Shown here piece after piece: positions 1 to 9,477 of a DNA stretch of 64,000 nt. The stretch is from an uncultured Methanosarcinales archaeon. Its GTDB lineage: Archaea; Nanobdellota; Nanobdellia; Woesearchaeales; CAZYIM01. Under the pieces are notes generated by a model. It saw only the letters and a program-made list of their open reading frames with translations. It searched no databases and was not told the DNA's origin. The translations under genes and the position numbers were made by a program. The stretch's first letter is position 1. Each line of letters begins with the position of its first letter. The DNA lies in assembly GCA_964647565.1 (NCBI GenBank), contig CAZYIM010000002.1:1-64000 (forward strand), in the 5' to 3' direction.

Positions 1-1880
1 TCGCCAGTTACTGCAACGATCTCGCCATTAGCTAAAAGGCTGCTGACTACGCGCATCTTATGCTCTGGGCTGACTCTTGCAAAGATTAACTCCTCTTTTT
101 CTACTATGTCCTTGAGTTTTGCATCAGTGATCTTGTTGAGTTCAATACCCGTGATGATCCTGGTCTTGTCATCTGCCATACCAAGCTCCATAGCAATGGC
201 TTTGGCAGTTATCCCGAAGTCTCCTGTGACAATAAAGGTTCTGATGCCAGCTTTTCTACATAACCTGACAGCTTCCTTGACCTCAGGCCTTGGAGGATCG
301 ATCATACCTATCAATCCCAGAAATATAAGATCCTTTTCGCATTCTTGCTTAAAGTCGTGGGAACATACCCTGTAAGCCACTCCCAGAACACGTAATGCAT
401 TATGCGCAAACTCTTTATCTTGTTTTTCAATAAGTTCAATTTGATCCTTTGTAAGCTTGGTTATCTTTCCATTGATATTAATGAACTTGCACTTCTTCAG
501 CATAACATCCGGAGCGCCCTTGACAAAAGACATTCGGCTCTTGTCCAGCATATGGACCGTGGTCATCATTTTCCTGGTCGAGTCAAAGGGAACCTCAAAA
601 ATCTTCTTTGACTTGGTTCTCAATTTCTCAACCTTGATATCGTACTTTTCAGCTGCAACCACAAGTGATCCTTCAGTGGGATCGCCAAGCACTTTCCAGC
701 CTTTCTTGCTTTCCAGGCTTGCTGCATTGCAAAGCGAAGAAGCCTTTAACAGAAGAGCAAGTGCATCGTTTCTGAACTCTTTTTTGCCTAAGAGAAATTT
801 TCCCTTAGGAAAGTATCCTGAGCCTGTTACATCTATGATATTATTATTGAGAAAGATCTTTTTGACTGTCATCTCATTTTTAGTAAGTGTTCCTGTCTTG
901 TCAGAACATATGACAGTTGTGCTTCCAAGCGTCTCCACAGATGGCATGTGTCTTATGATGGCTTTTTTCTTAGCCATCCTTTGCACACCTAATGCGAGTG
1001 CTATGGTTATTGTTGCGGGTAAACCTTCTGGCACAGCTGCTACTGCAAGTGCAACAGCAAATAGGAACATCTTCTGCCAGGGATGGCCCATCAACCATCC
1101 GAATGCAAATATAAAGATGCATATGACCATGATAGCCTTGGCAATGAACTTGCCTGCCTTGAAAAGCTCTTTTTTCAAAGGGGATGTTTCATCGTCTACT
1201 TCTGATGTGAGCTTGGCAATCTTTCCAAATTCAGTCTGCATTCCTGTTGAGGTGACAATCGCCAGACCGTGGCCGTGTGTGATATTGGTTCCCATAAAGA
1301 CTGTGTTGTCCATGTCTGCAGGCATCAGTTCTTTTTTATTGAGTTTTTCAATTATCTTGATCTGGGGTTCACTTTCTCCTGTAAGAGCTGCCTCATCACA
1401 TTTCAAGTCTACAACTTCAACAACCCTGCTGTCTGCAGGTATGGTTTCCCCTTCGCTCAATACTACCAAATCTCCTGGCACTAATTTTTCGACACCAATC
1501 TCTCTTTTCTTGCCGTCTCTTATTACAACTGCAATAGGCTTTACCATCTTTTTTAAGGCTTCAAGAGCCTGTTCAGCCTTGTATTCCTGAATAAAGCCGA
1601 TGACAGCATTGATGATTACAATTGAGAGGATGACAATCGGTTCTACATGTTCATGAGGATCAATGATAAAAGAAATGGCAGCTGCAATAATAAGGATCCA
1701 GACCATGATATCCTTGAACTGTTCCAGGATCATCTTAAGGATTGATGTTCCCTTCTCTGCCACGAGAACATTATGTCCGTACTTTAAAAGACGCTCTTTA
1801 GCTTCTGTTTCTGAGAGGCCTTTCATGCCGCTAGAGAACTCTTTAAACACTTCGTTGATCGACCGATTGAAATAATGCAT
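1..1880 (-). CDS. Cation-transporting P-type ATPase (type II, Ca2+/Na+/K+-like), 3' end outside window
   Basis: Read manually on the minus strand from ATG at 1880 (MHYFNRSINEVFKEF): contains LTGES, VAAVPEGLP, CSDKTGTLT, KGAP, VTGD and FARVSPEHK. Absent from the ORF track because it runs off the window edge. Confidence 0.95.
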   Translation of the reverse strand, partial: MHYFNRSINEVFKEFSSGMKGLSETEAKERLLKYGHNVLVAEKGTSILKMILEQFKDIMVWILIIAAAISFIIDPHEHVEPIVILSIVIINAVIGFIQEYKAEQALEALKKMVKPIAVVIRDGKKREIGVEKLVPGDLVVLSEGETIPADSRVVEVVDLKCDEAALTGESEPQIKIIEKLNKKELMPADMDNTVFMGTNITHGHGLAIVTSTGMQTEFGKIAKLTSEVDDETSPLKKELFKAGKFIAKAIMVICIFIFAFGWLMGHPWQKMFLFAVALAVAAVPEGLPATITIALALGVQRMAKKKAIIRHMPSVETLGSTTVICSDKTGTLTKNEMTVKKIFLNNNIIDVTGSGYFPKGKFLLGKKEFRNDALALLLKASSLCNAASLESKKGWKVLGDPTEGSLVVAAEKYDIKVEKLRTKSKKIFEVPFDSTRKMMTTVHMLDKSRMSFVKGAPDVMLKKCKFININGKITKLTKDQIELIEKQDKEFAHNALRVLGVAYRVCSHDFKQECEKDLIFLGLIGMIDPPRPEVKEAVRLCRKAGIRTFIVTGDFGITAKAIAMELGMADDKTRIITGIELNKITDAKLKDIVEKEELIFARVSPEHKMRVVSSLLANGEIVAVTG

Positions 1881-1919
1881 TAAACACAAGAGGTTTTGGA
1901 AGATTTAAAAATGTTTTTC

Positions 1920-3095
1920 TTAGAACAACAAGAATATTAGTGCAAAAGCACCTCCGAAATAGAATGCTGCATTAAAGTTAGTGCCAACAATGACAATCAG
2001 AAATAAAAAGAGCAAAATCCTGCCAGTTGCCAATGAAAATTCTTTGAAGGTTAAGAATTCCAGAGGGGATTGGGCTTTGTGCGATCTGTGATACAGATGC
2101 TCCTCGTAGGGTATGTCGAGTAAGATGCTTATGATTCCTGAGGCCAACGATAGATAGTAAAGCACTTCTGATTTCGCAAAATAACCAAAGACTAAGAAGA
2201 GAAGGGCGCTTAATACAGCACCAATCCTAATTAGTTTAGCTAATCCATGATTATCTATCAGTCTGCCAACATAAATAGTAAAAAAAGCACCAATAAAAGA
2301 GATCAGGGAAACAATAAGGCCAAGAGATACAGGATTTTGGGATGCAAAATAAAGTGCAAGAGGCAGGATAATATATAGTACAAATCCCTTGATGCCGTAT
2401 GAATTAAGTAAAACAACCTCTTTGATGTCAGTCCTGAAATTCTTGAATCTCTTAAAATTGAAATTTGGATGGTCTACATTTTTCTTAATAAAAGAAAGAG
2501 GTATCAAGGAAACAAAGAGTAAAACAGCCACAAGAATAAAGAGTGATATAAAACCAAATTGCAGAGCAATCAAACCGCCAATAAAAGGACCTATAATAGA
2601 CGCTAATTTTGGTAGACCTAAAAACTTCCCTACTTTAATGCCCTGGCTTTTTTCACCTAGGAATTTTGCAAACAACGATGTTATTGACAGGGTGTATAAT
2701 GCTCCTGAGAAACCGATCAGTACAGGTATGAAATAATAAAACTGCTGGATGAGCATGCTTGTTTTCATCAGGCTGAGCAATAAGAGGGCAGCCACATAAA
2801 TGGGTGTGCGTATATATATGATTTCTTTTAGGCCGATCTTATGGATGATCTTGGCATATAATGGTGATAAGAGGCCGAATGTGGCCCATTGGATCAATAG
2901 GAAGATGAAGACTGCAGTGATATTAAAACCTATGGTCAGTAGATAGATTGGTATGAAGATTGATATCAGTGAGACTGTGAATCCCTGTATAATCAGGTGC
3001 CAGTATATATGACTTAGCTTATCCTTGAGCAAGTGTACCTTGTCAAGATGATGATGGTGATTATTGGTGAACATTATCAAATCATTGTATGGCAT
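1920..3095 (-). CDS. MFS transporter
   Basis: About 12 hydrophobic segments, MFS motif A-like GRLIDNHG, His-rich N-terminus. Confidence 0.85.
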   Translation of the reverse strand: MPYNDLIMFTNNHHHHLDKVHLLKDKLSHIYWHLIIQGFTVSLISIFIPIYLLTIGFNITAVFIFLLIQWATFGLLSPLYAKIIHKIGLKEIIYIRTPIYVAALLLLSLMKTSMLIQQFYYFIPVLIGFSGALYTLSITSLFAKFLGEKSQGIKVGKFLGLPKLASIIGPFIGGLIALQFGFISLFILVAVLLFVSLIPLSFIKKNVDHPNFNFKRFKNFRTDIKEVVLLNSYGIKGFVLYIILPLALYFASQNPVSLGLIVSLISFIGAFFTIYVGRLIDNHGLAKLIRIGAVLSALLFLVFGYFAKSEVLYYLSLASGIISILLDIPYEEHLYHRSHKAQSPLEFLTFKEFSLATGRILLFLFLIVIVGTNFNAAFYFGGAFALIFLLF

Positions 3096-3154
3096 CTTTT
3101 TATAGGTTTTGGTTCATGAATAACTTTTTAAACACATTAAATTTTCAACTAGTC

Positions 3155-3724
3155 ATGAATCATATTCTTGAGGTGAGAAGACAGCTGTTCCATCTTATAT
3201 GCGGATTGGTGTTTTTCTTTTTGGTTGTACATCTTGATTTCCCATCATATCTGTATGTTGCAATTATCACAATGGTTGTTGGAGTTGTCCTAAAACTGTA
3301 TTATGATCATAATAAACCACACCTTATCTGGAAGATACTTTCGTTTTTTGACAGAATCAAGCCGAATGAATTCGCTGGCAAGGGATCATTTTATTTTATT
3401 ATTGGCATTATAATCTCAATGTTCTTTCCAAGGGATATAGCTCTGGCATGTATCTTGGTTGTTTCAATCTCAGATGCACTGTCCACCCTTATTGGCAAGA
3501 TCTTTGGCAGGACTAAGATGTTCAGCTGGTCATCAGCGACATTGTTAGGCACTGCAGCGTTCTTGATTTCAGCAATGATCATCCTGGTTTTCTTTGTTCC
3601 TTTTTGGAAAGCACTGGCTATTGCACTTATATTAAGTCTGATAGAAAGTTTTGACTATCATGGATTCATTCTCGATGATAATTGGATAGTGCCTTTGCTT
3701 TGCGGTGTTTTTATGCTGTTGTGA
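3155..3724 (+). CDS. Dolichol/phytol kinase-like (CTP_transf_1/SEC59 family) membrane protein
   Basis: EVRRQLFH start and SDALSTLIG..FG and DDN motifs; ATG 3155 preferred over the ORF-track start. Confidence 0.85.
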   Translation: MNHILEVRRQLFHLICGLVFFFLVVHLDFPSYLYVAIITMVVGVVLKLYYDHNKPHLIWKILSFFDRIKPNEFAGKGSFYFIIGIIISMFFPRDIALACILVVSISDALSTLIGKIFGRTKMFSWSSATLLGTAAFLISAMIILVFFVPFWKALAIALILSLIESFDYHGFILDDNWIVPLLCGVFMLL

Positions 3725-3725
3725 T

Positions 3726-4316
3726 TTAGATTTTCTTTACCAGTTTCTTCATCTTTGCTCCAATCAGCTTTAACCTCAAGAATATAACGAAGTGGCCTAT
3801 TGCATATCCTAGCATGATGCCAGCAACTACATCGCTGAAATAGTGCAGGTCCAGGTACATCCTGCTAAAAGCGATTAAAAGGCCCAGGCTTACCCAGAAC
3901 CATTTCAAGGCTTTATACTCTCTATCTAGGATGGGAATCAGGCAGAAGCAGAACATTGCATGGAAGCTTGGAAAAGAATAGTCCGGGATGCCAAGGATGA
4001 ACTGGGGTATCAATCTTGGTCTGGCAACAATAAACTTGATGATATAGCCTATGATGCCTGCGATAGCGACAGAGAACCACATCGGGATTATCCAGCCACG
4101 TTTCTTGTCTGCCCACATGAACAGTGTTGTTATTATCAATAGAAGCAAGACTACAAAGCCAGGATTGGTTATGTAGTGGAAAAAAGAGACTAAGGGTGGG
4201 GCTTGGATACTATGGATTAGATCCACAATGAAATCATCGATAAAGAAGCCGATTATAACAAGGACTGTCAGACTGATGATAATTATATTCTCCTTGCTAT
4301 TGAAGATGCGCTTCAT
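3726..4316 (-). CDS. PAP2-family membrane phosphatase
   Basis: KFIVARPR, SFPSFH and SRMYLDLHYFSDV motifs; the upstream ORF extension overlaps the tRNA, so start set at 4316. Confidence 0.9.
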   Translation of the reverse strand: MKRIFNSKENIIIISLTVLVIIGFFIDDFIVDLIHSIQAPPLVSFFHYITNPGFVVLLLLIITTLFMWADKKRGWIIPMWFSVAIAGIIGYIIKFIVARPRLIPQFILGIPDYSFPSFHAMFCFCLIPILDREYKALKWFWVSLGLLIAFSRMYLDLHYFSDVVAGIMLGYAIGHFVIFLRLKLIGAKMKKLVKKI

Positions 4317-4319
4317 GAA

Positions 4320-4478
4320 TGAGCCTGCGAGGAAATTCGTCTTGAAACGAAATCCTTGTGAACTTCGTTCCCAAGTATTCGAACCCCGGTCAACCGGTTT
4401 CATCAGATTTGTTCTTCCGAAGCCGGCCGCACTATTTGCCCAATCCGAGAATGGATTCCCAGACTATGCTACAGGCCC
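4320..4478 (-). tRNA. tRNA-Arg(TCG) with three introns (D-loop 4436-4458, 37/38 4399-4416, T-loop 59/60 4334-4377)
   Basis: Removing 23+18+44 nt gives a 74-nt cloverleaf: GGGCCTG/CAGGCTC acceptor, GCAT/GTGC D-stem, GCCGG-CTTCGGA-CCGGT anticodon arm, CGGGG-TTCGAAT-CCTCG T arm. Bulge-helix-bulge-like junctions (relaxed for the anticodon and T-loop introns). Confidence 0.9.
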
Positions 4479-4577
4479 TTGTTTAAAGTAAGTTTAATTA
4501 TCTCTTTTTTAAATATTTGTTTTTATAAGACAACATTTATATTATTAGATAGATTCCTTTGCATTTGGTGGCAATTG

Positions 4578-5573
4578 ATGGAGATTAACAATATCAGTCT
4601 TAACCGGCTCAAACTTGATAAGTGTCATGGTCTTGAAATAAGAGGTAGATGGAGGGCAGCTATTGAAGGCTATACCCAGATGGTTTCTATTCTAGATGAG
4701 CAGAATCCTATGTATGCAGAGATCCTGAATGGTCGTGGTATTGTCAAGAGGATGTTGGGATCTTTTGAACCTGCTTTATCTGATTTTATGCTGGCAGGGA
4801 AAAAAGCACAGGATGATGCACAGAAAGCCGCTGCTATGATCAATATTGCTGATCTGAATCGGGTTGGTTATGCTGATTATGTTTCGGCTCATGGGCATCT
4901 TGATGATGCAAAGGAGATTATCTCAGAACGAGAATTCTTGCTTCACGCCAGACTGGCAAATCAGCGTGGTCTGATTTATAGGGCCGAGAATGATATTGAG
5001 AAAGCCTTGACTGCACACATGAGTGCCAGAGACTACTCTGTTAAGCTTTTAACACAGGAGTCAGATCTGAAACCTGAGGACTCTAAAAACTATAATATGA
5101 TGAAGATATATGCAATGGCTTGTCAGAATATGGTAGGGGATAGCTTGTTGGGTGAACTCTTCTTGGATTTAGAGCATGTTGCAAAAGAAGCCATGGATGC
5201 TTTTTCATTGATTGGTGATAAGCAGGGTATGGTAAATTGTCTTTTAAACAAAGGTCATATATACAGGAGAAGGAAAGATAAGCTGGCAGCAATAGACAGT
5301 TTTGAGAGGGCCTCAGAGTTCGCAGATGATATTGATGGCAATGAGAGGACAAAAACAATCGTCAATCTTAACCTGGCAATATTATGTCTTCAGCAGAAAG
5401 ACGATACTCTGGCCACATATAATTTGAATCGGTTGGTCATAGGTGTTGCGACTGAAACCTTGTCTAGGCATGATAAGAATTCAGTTCTCCCATTGTTTGA
5501 TGAACTCAAAAAATTGTATTCGGATTCTTCCCTTAAGATTAAGGATTTTGAGAGGATCTCGGCTGTCTTCTGA
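4578..5573 (+). CDS. TPR-repeat protein
   Basis: LNGRGIVKRMLG and ANQRGLIYRAEN TPR-like helices; paralog of the next gene. Confidence 0.8.
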   Translation: MEINNISLNRLKLDKCHGLEIRGRWRAAIEGYTQMVSILDEQNPMYAEILNGRGIVKRMLGSFEPALSDFMLAGKKAQDDAQKAAAMINIADLNRVGYADYVSAHGHLDDAKEIISEREFLLHARLANQRGLIYRAENDIEKALTAHMSARDYSVKLLTQESDLKPEDSKNYNMMKIYAMACQNMVGDSLLGELFLDLEHVAKEAMDAFSLIGDKQGMVNCLLNKGHIYRRRKDKLAAIDSFERASEFADDIDGNERTKTIVNLNLAILCLQQKDDTLATYNLNRLVIGVATETLSRHDKNSVLPLFDELKKLYSDSSLKIKDFERISAVF

Positions 5574-5651
5574 GTATATAGTTTTAGTTGTATTAAAAGG
5601 AAATATTTATATCTATTTCTTGATTTCTTACCTTGATTATCAGGTGGAACT

Positions 5652-6683
5652 ATGAATAAAACTAATACAATTGAGGATCTTATTAACGAGGGCGCAGCCC
5701 TTGAGAAGTTAGGGAACTACAAGGAATCTGTCAGTATCTTGGATACAGCCTTTGACCGTGCTATAGCAGAGGATAGATCTATTATAGCTGCTATTCTGAA
5801 CCAGCGTGGCGTGGCAAAGAGAATGCTTCAGGATTATGAAGGTGCCATGAATGATTATACAGAAGTCTGGAATTACACTTCATCGGCCAGCGATTACCAA
5901 GAAATTCTCTCCAGAATCAATCTGGCAGACATTGAGAGAGTCTTTAGAACTGATTTCGAGGAAGCCCACGAATATCTTGATGGTGCAAAGGATCGGCTTG
6001 ATTATAAGACAGAGGATTGGAAAAATTATGAGCAAGAGGATCTTTTCCTAAAGATCAAGCTTGACAACCAAAGAGGCCTGGTCTATAGGGCTGAAAATAA
6101 GATGGATGAAGCGTTGGGAGCTCACAAGCGGACCAAGATAGCTGCCAGGAAATATCATGGCGGAGATTTTGATAAGGTTGAGGGTTTCAGGATGTTTGCA
6201 TCTGCCTGCCAGAACATTGCATCTGATGCCCTGATAATGACACCTCCTGATTATGATACTGCTGGTCGGGAAGCAGAGGAAGCGTATGTCACCTTTAAGA
6301 GCTTGGGTGACCAGCAAGGCATGTATAATTGTCTTGGTGCAATGGGCAACATTGCCAGGGTCCAGGGAGATTATGAAAAAGCTGAGATGTATTTTACAGA
6401 TACTATGATTCTTGCAGAAACCCTGAACTCAGGACGTGATATAACAGGTGCTGCATTGAATCTTGCTGAAATTTATCTGCTTGACGGTGCGCCTAATCTT
6501 GCCAAGGAAAACCTGATGCATTTTAGGGACGGCATCCTCAATGATAATGATTATACTGAACATGATATGGTATTAGCATACCTCAGGTTCAAGGAAGTGT
6601 ATCGTCTTTACTCAGATTCAGAGCTAAACATAAAGGACTTTGACAAGGTCAAGGAAAAGTTTGATTCTGTAATGAAGGCTTAG
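5652..6683 (+). CDS. TPR-repeat protein (tandem paralog)
   Basis: LNQRGVAKRMLQ, DNQRGLVYRAEN; shared C-terminus LYSDSxLxIKDF. Confidence 0.8.
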   Translation: MNKTNTIEDLINEGAALEKLGNYKESVSILDTAFDRAIAEDRSIIAAILNQRGVAKRMLQDYEGAMNDYTEVWNYTSSASDYQEILSRINLADIERVFRTDFEEAHEYLDGAKDRLDYKTEDWKNYEQEDLFLKIKLDNQRGLVYRAENKMDEALGAHKRTKIAARKYHGGDFDKVEGFRMFASACQNIASDALIMTPPDYDTAGREAEEAYVTFKSLGDQQGMYNCLGAMGNIARVQGDYEKAEMYFTDTMILAETLNSGRDITGAALNLAEIYLLDGAPNLAKENLMHFRDGILNDNDYTEHDMVLAYLRFKEVYRLYSDSELNIKDFDKVKEKFDSVMKA

Positions 6684-6696
6684 TTTCTGTTTTTTT

Positions 6697-6783
6697 TCAG
6701 CCATGGCGCTGGCGAGGGGAGGGACGGCTCCTACGGAGTCCCGAGCGAGGCTCGAAGAGCCGACAGCCGCCATGAATGGCTGG
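6697..6783. repeat. Structured GC-rich intergenic element, copy A
   Basis: CAGCCATGGCGCTG...CAGCCGCCATGAATGGCTG outer stem, cTACGg and cGAAg hairpins; homologous to 9561-9667. Confidence 0.75.
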
Positions 6784-6851
6784 ATTATTAGGATAGTAAG
6801 GTCTCATAAGAGAAATTTTTATATATAACCTTTATTATTGTTCTAATTAGT

Positions 6852-7496
6852 ATGTCCTTAAAAAAAGGAGGTGTGGTAGTAATATTTATATTAATATTAT
6901 TTTTATTCTCGTCGAGCGTCTTCGCTGCTTGCCAAGTCTCAATTGATAGGACCGTCTCTTCAGTAAAGAACAATCTTATCTTTGTTACAATCAAAGTCAA
7001 TGTTGAAGGAGATGCCAATAGCAATCTGGTTATTAGGGAGTTTTTCCCGAATGATTTTAAGGTGGCAGATACAACACCTCAAGCTGATATCAAGGCAAAT
7101 AGTATAATCTGGGAATTTGATGAAGCTGACGTAAATAGTCTTCCATTGATCAAGTATATTCTCATATTACCTCCGAGCTACCTGAAGAACGTTAGTGTCC
7201 ATGGAGAGTGGGAGACCAGCTATAGGGTTGAGAGGACACAATCGAGCTCCCTTTTCAAGAATGTTTCAGATGAATACTTGCCGGGGGATTCAAACAAGAA
7301 ACTTGGATCTTTTATTGATCGCTTTGTTGAGAGTGTTTTCCTGAATGTGAATCAGCCTTCGCCTGGCCAAGATTCCGCCTCCCAGACGCCTGGCTATGTT
7401 AAATTTCTTGTGATATTTGGAGTGCTCCTGGTTTTGGTATTTGTGTTTTTATTCGGAGTCATTTTTATTGATCTAGTCCTTAGAAGAAGATACTAA
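6852..7496 (+). CDS. Surface protein: signal peptide, beta-rich (Ig-like) domain, C-terminal TM anchor
   Basis: N-terminal hydrophobic stretch ending VFA; C-terminal TM followed by RRR. Confidence 0.7.
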   Translation: MSLKKGGVVVIFILILFLFSSSVFAACQVSIDRTVSSVKNNLIFVTIKVNVEGDANSNLVIREFFPNDFKVADTTPQADIKANSIIWEFDEADVNSLPLIKYILILPPSYLKNVSVHGEWETSYRVERTQSSSLFKNVSDEYLPGDSNKKLGSFIDRFVESVFLNVNQPSPGQDSASQTPGYVKFLVIFGVLLVLVFVFLFGVIFIDLVLRRRY

Positions 7497-7559
7497 AATT
7501 GTAACTTTGTGGTGTCAAGAAAAGGTTTTTATATGACCTGATGGTATGAGAGTTTCACA

Positions 7560-8090
7560 ATGAACTCTATAGATTTAGCCACAAGCCAATTTTATTCAAC
7601 AATTGACAACATTACAACATATGATGGACATATTGCAGAATACCTGGCCAAGAAATCAGGCCTTTTCGATCTTGGTGTCAAGTCCTTGGAGATGTATCTG
7701 CCTGCTGTTGTTTATCAGGTTGAAGGTGTAAATGGTTTTGATATCATGGTGCCACCTTTATCTACTTCAGAGGATGGCAGAAAGTATTGTGAATACCACA
7801 CTCATGATGACCTCTTTTGGCTGGCTTTTGGCATCCACAAAGGATCTGTAGAGTGGAAGGGGACAGGGTATTTTGCCAAGGAACCTGATGATCTGTGGAA
7901 TATATTGTTGCTTAGATATTTTGACCAGATTTGTATGACTGAAAAGCACATCCAGGATGTAGCTGACATGGTGGACTGCTATGATATTGAGAGGCTTTTC
8001 ATAACCACGCCAGATAAGTTCAGGCCGACAGGTAGAGTCTATATGCGTGAAGGTATATTTGATTTGAGAGATGATTTGCTAGAGCAATAA
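7560..8090 (+). CDS. Hypothetical protein
   Basis: 176-aa ORF filling the intergenic space; no motif recognised. Confidence 0.6.
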   Translation: MNSIDLATSQFYSTIDNITTYDGHIAEYLAKKSGLFDLGVKSLEMYLPAVVYQVEGVNGFDIMVPPLSTSEDGRKYCEYHTHDDLFWLAFGIHKGSVEWKGTGYFAKEPDDLWNILLLRYFDQICMTEKHIQDVADMVDCYDIERLFITTPDKFRPTGRVYMREGIFDLRDDLLEQ

Positions 8091-8142
8091 AAGCTAACGC
8101 TAGAAAAATATTAGTTACTCCCCCCAATAAAAAAAGAAATTC

Positions 8143-8430
8143 TTATTTCTTTATCAACACTATTTCAATTGTTGATACCCTGACTTCTCTTCCTTCCTTG
8201 TTTTGGAAAGTCTCTGAGTCTATCTTTATGTCTTTAACCTCGACTTGGTCTTTCATGAACCGTTTAGTGGCTACTTCTGAGACATCTACAGCCCTGGAGA
8301 TAAACTTCCCCCTCGCTTTAATTATTATCTCGTCGGCTCCTTTGGTCGTGAACTGGATTACAACACCAGTTACATAGTTCATGAAGGGCTTGGTTCCGAT
8401 AAAGATAGAATTGTCTTTATCCTCTGCCAT
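8143..8430 (-). CDS. albA: DNA/RNA-binding protein Alba
   Basis: IFIGTKPFMNYV, IKARGKFISRAVDV and VSTIEIVL match Alba. Confidence 0.97.
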   Translation of the reverse strand: MAEDKDNSIFIGTKPFMNYVTGVVIQFTTKGADEIIIKARGKFISRAVDVSEVATKRFMKDQVEVKDIKIDSETFQNKEGREVRVSTIEIVLIKK

Positions 8431-8435
8431 TCACA

Positions 8436-8627
8436 TCACCCGCTTGTTTTCTTCTTAAGTTTTGTTGCATATCCTGCGATAATATTTCTCAGTTTCTTTG
8501 ATTGTGTCTTAGTCAACTCATCAACAGTTCTCTTGTTCTCTTCAAAGTCAGTTGAAAATTTCTCTTCGTACTTTTCCATCAAATCTTCTGTATTCTTTTT
8601 CGCTAGTCTAGTCTTAATTCTGCCCAT
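8436..8627 (-). CDS. rps17e: 30S ribosomal protein S17e
   Basis: MGRIKT...FSTDFEENK...SKKLRNIIAGY. Confidence 0.97.
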   Translation of the reverse strand: MGRIKTRLAKKNTEDLMEKYEEKFSTDFEENKRTVDELTKTQSKKLRNIIAGYATKLKKKTSG

Positions 8628-8689
8628 ATTAGCCTCGAGAAACAATAGTGCCTTTTTAAATGTTGCTATTTCTGAGTTAATCGAGACGA

Positions 8690-9402
8690 CTATTTCTTCA
8701 CGTCTAGCATAGATCCATGGGCATACTCTCTTGCGATGTTACCGATGCGCCTATAGGTGATTAGGTCGATCTTTTTAGTATTGAGCAGGTGATCAGCACC
8801 ATCCAGCCACGTTGCAATCGCATCGTGCAGGGGATAGACAGTCAAGTCTCTTTCTACCTGGACCAACCAGGGCTCTGGTTTGTTGAACGGGTGGCTATAG
8901 AAGTTATGCATTATTATCTCTATCTGTCCATCTGTGGCTTTAGGTCTTTTCAAAGACTGACCTTTTTGCATCACAGCTTCCCAAAGCTCTGTCTTGGGCT
9001 GCCAGATAGGTAAGTAGCCGGGTCTTGGCGGTTCGAATGTAACTGCCACAAAACCATGTTTCACCATCCTTGCCTTGTAGCCAGGGAAACTGTTGTAAAG
9101 CTCAACAGCGTCCTTCTTGAGTTGTGTCCTTGGCAGCATGGCAGTGTCCTATTGAAACCGTCTGCCGCCGAAATCAGTACATCCACGTTGGTCACGATCA
9201 TCTCAAGCGCTGCAAGATTGGTGGGCTTGTAGTTTTCATCCACTTCCTTGACGACCAGGATGTCTTCTGGTTGAATCAGAAGATAGTTCTTATCTTCTTT
9301 TGAAGGATCTGGAACCCTGCCTTCAACTGTCTTTCTGCCGATCTCTATATCAAAGTAATGCGGCTGAGCCGTATTTAGAATCCATTTTTTCAAACTAACC
9401 AC
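8690..9402 (-). pseudogene. ASCH-domain protein split by a frameshift (ORFs 9061-9402 and 8690-9139)
   Basis: GRKTVEGR in the first frame and AVELYNSFPGY..GFVAV in the second; an imperfect 8-bp tandem duplication at 9129-9144 accounts for the shift. Confidence 0.7.
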
Positions 9403-9477
9403 CCCGTAAGTTGATGATGAACTTAGATTTAAACATTATTTAAGTTTTACTGTGGTGGAGGCGTTATTATATTTAAA

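Noticed and set aside
457..1590. 377-aa plus-strand ORF and neighbouring short ORFs
   Set aside because: Antisense shadow of the P-type ATPase
4479..4577. N-terminal extensions in the ORF track (also 9490-9753, 4317-4403, 29756-29818, 30509-30577)
   Set aside because: They overlap promoters, a tRNA or repeats; downstream ATGs fit the RBS position or family N-termini better
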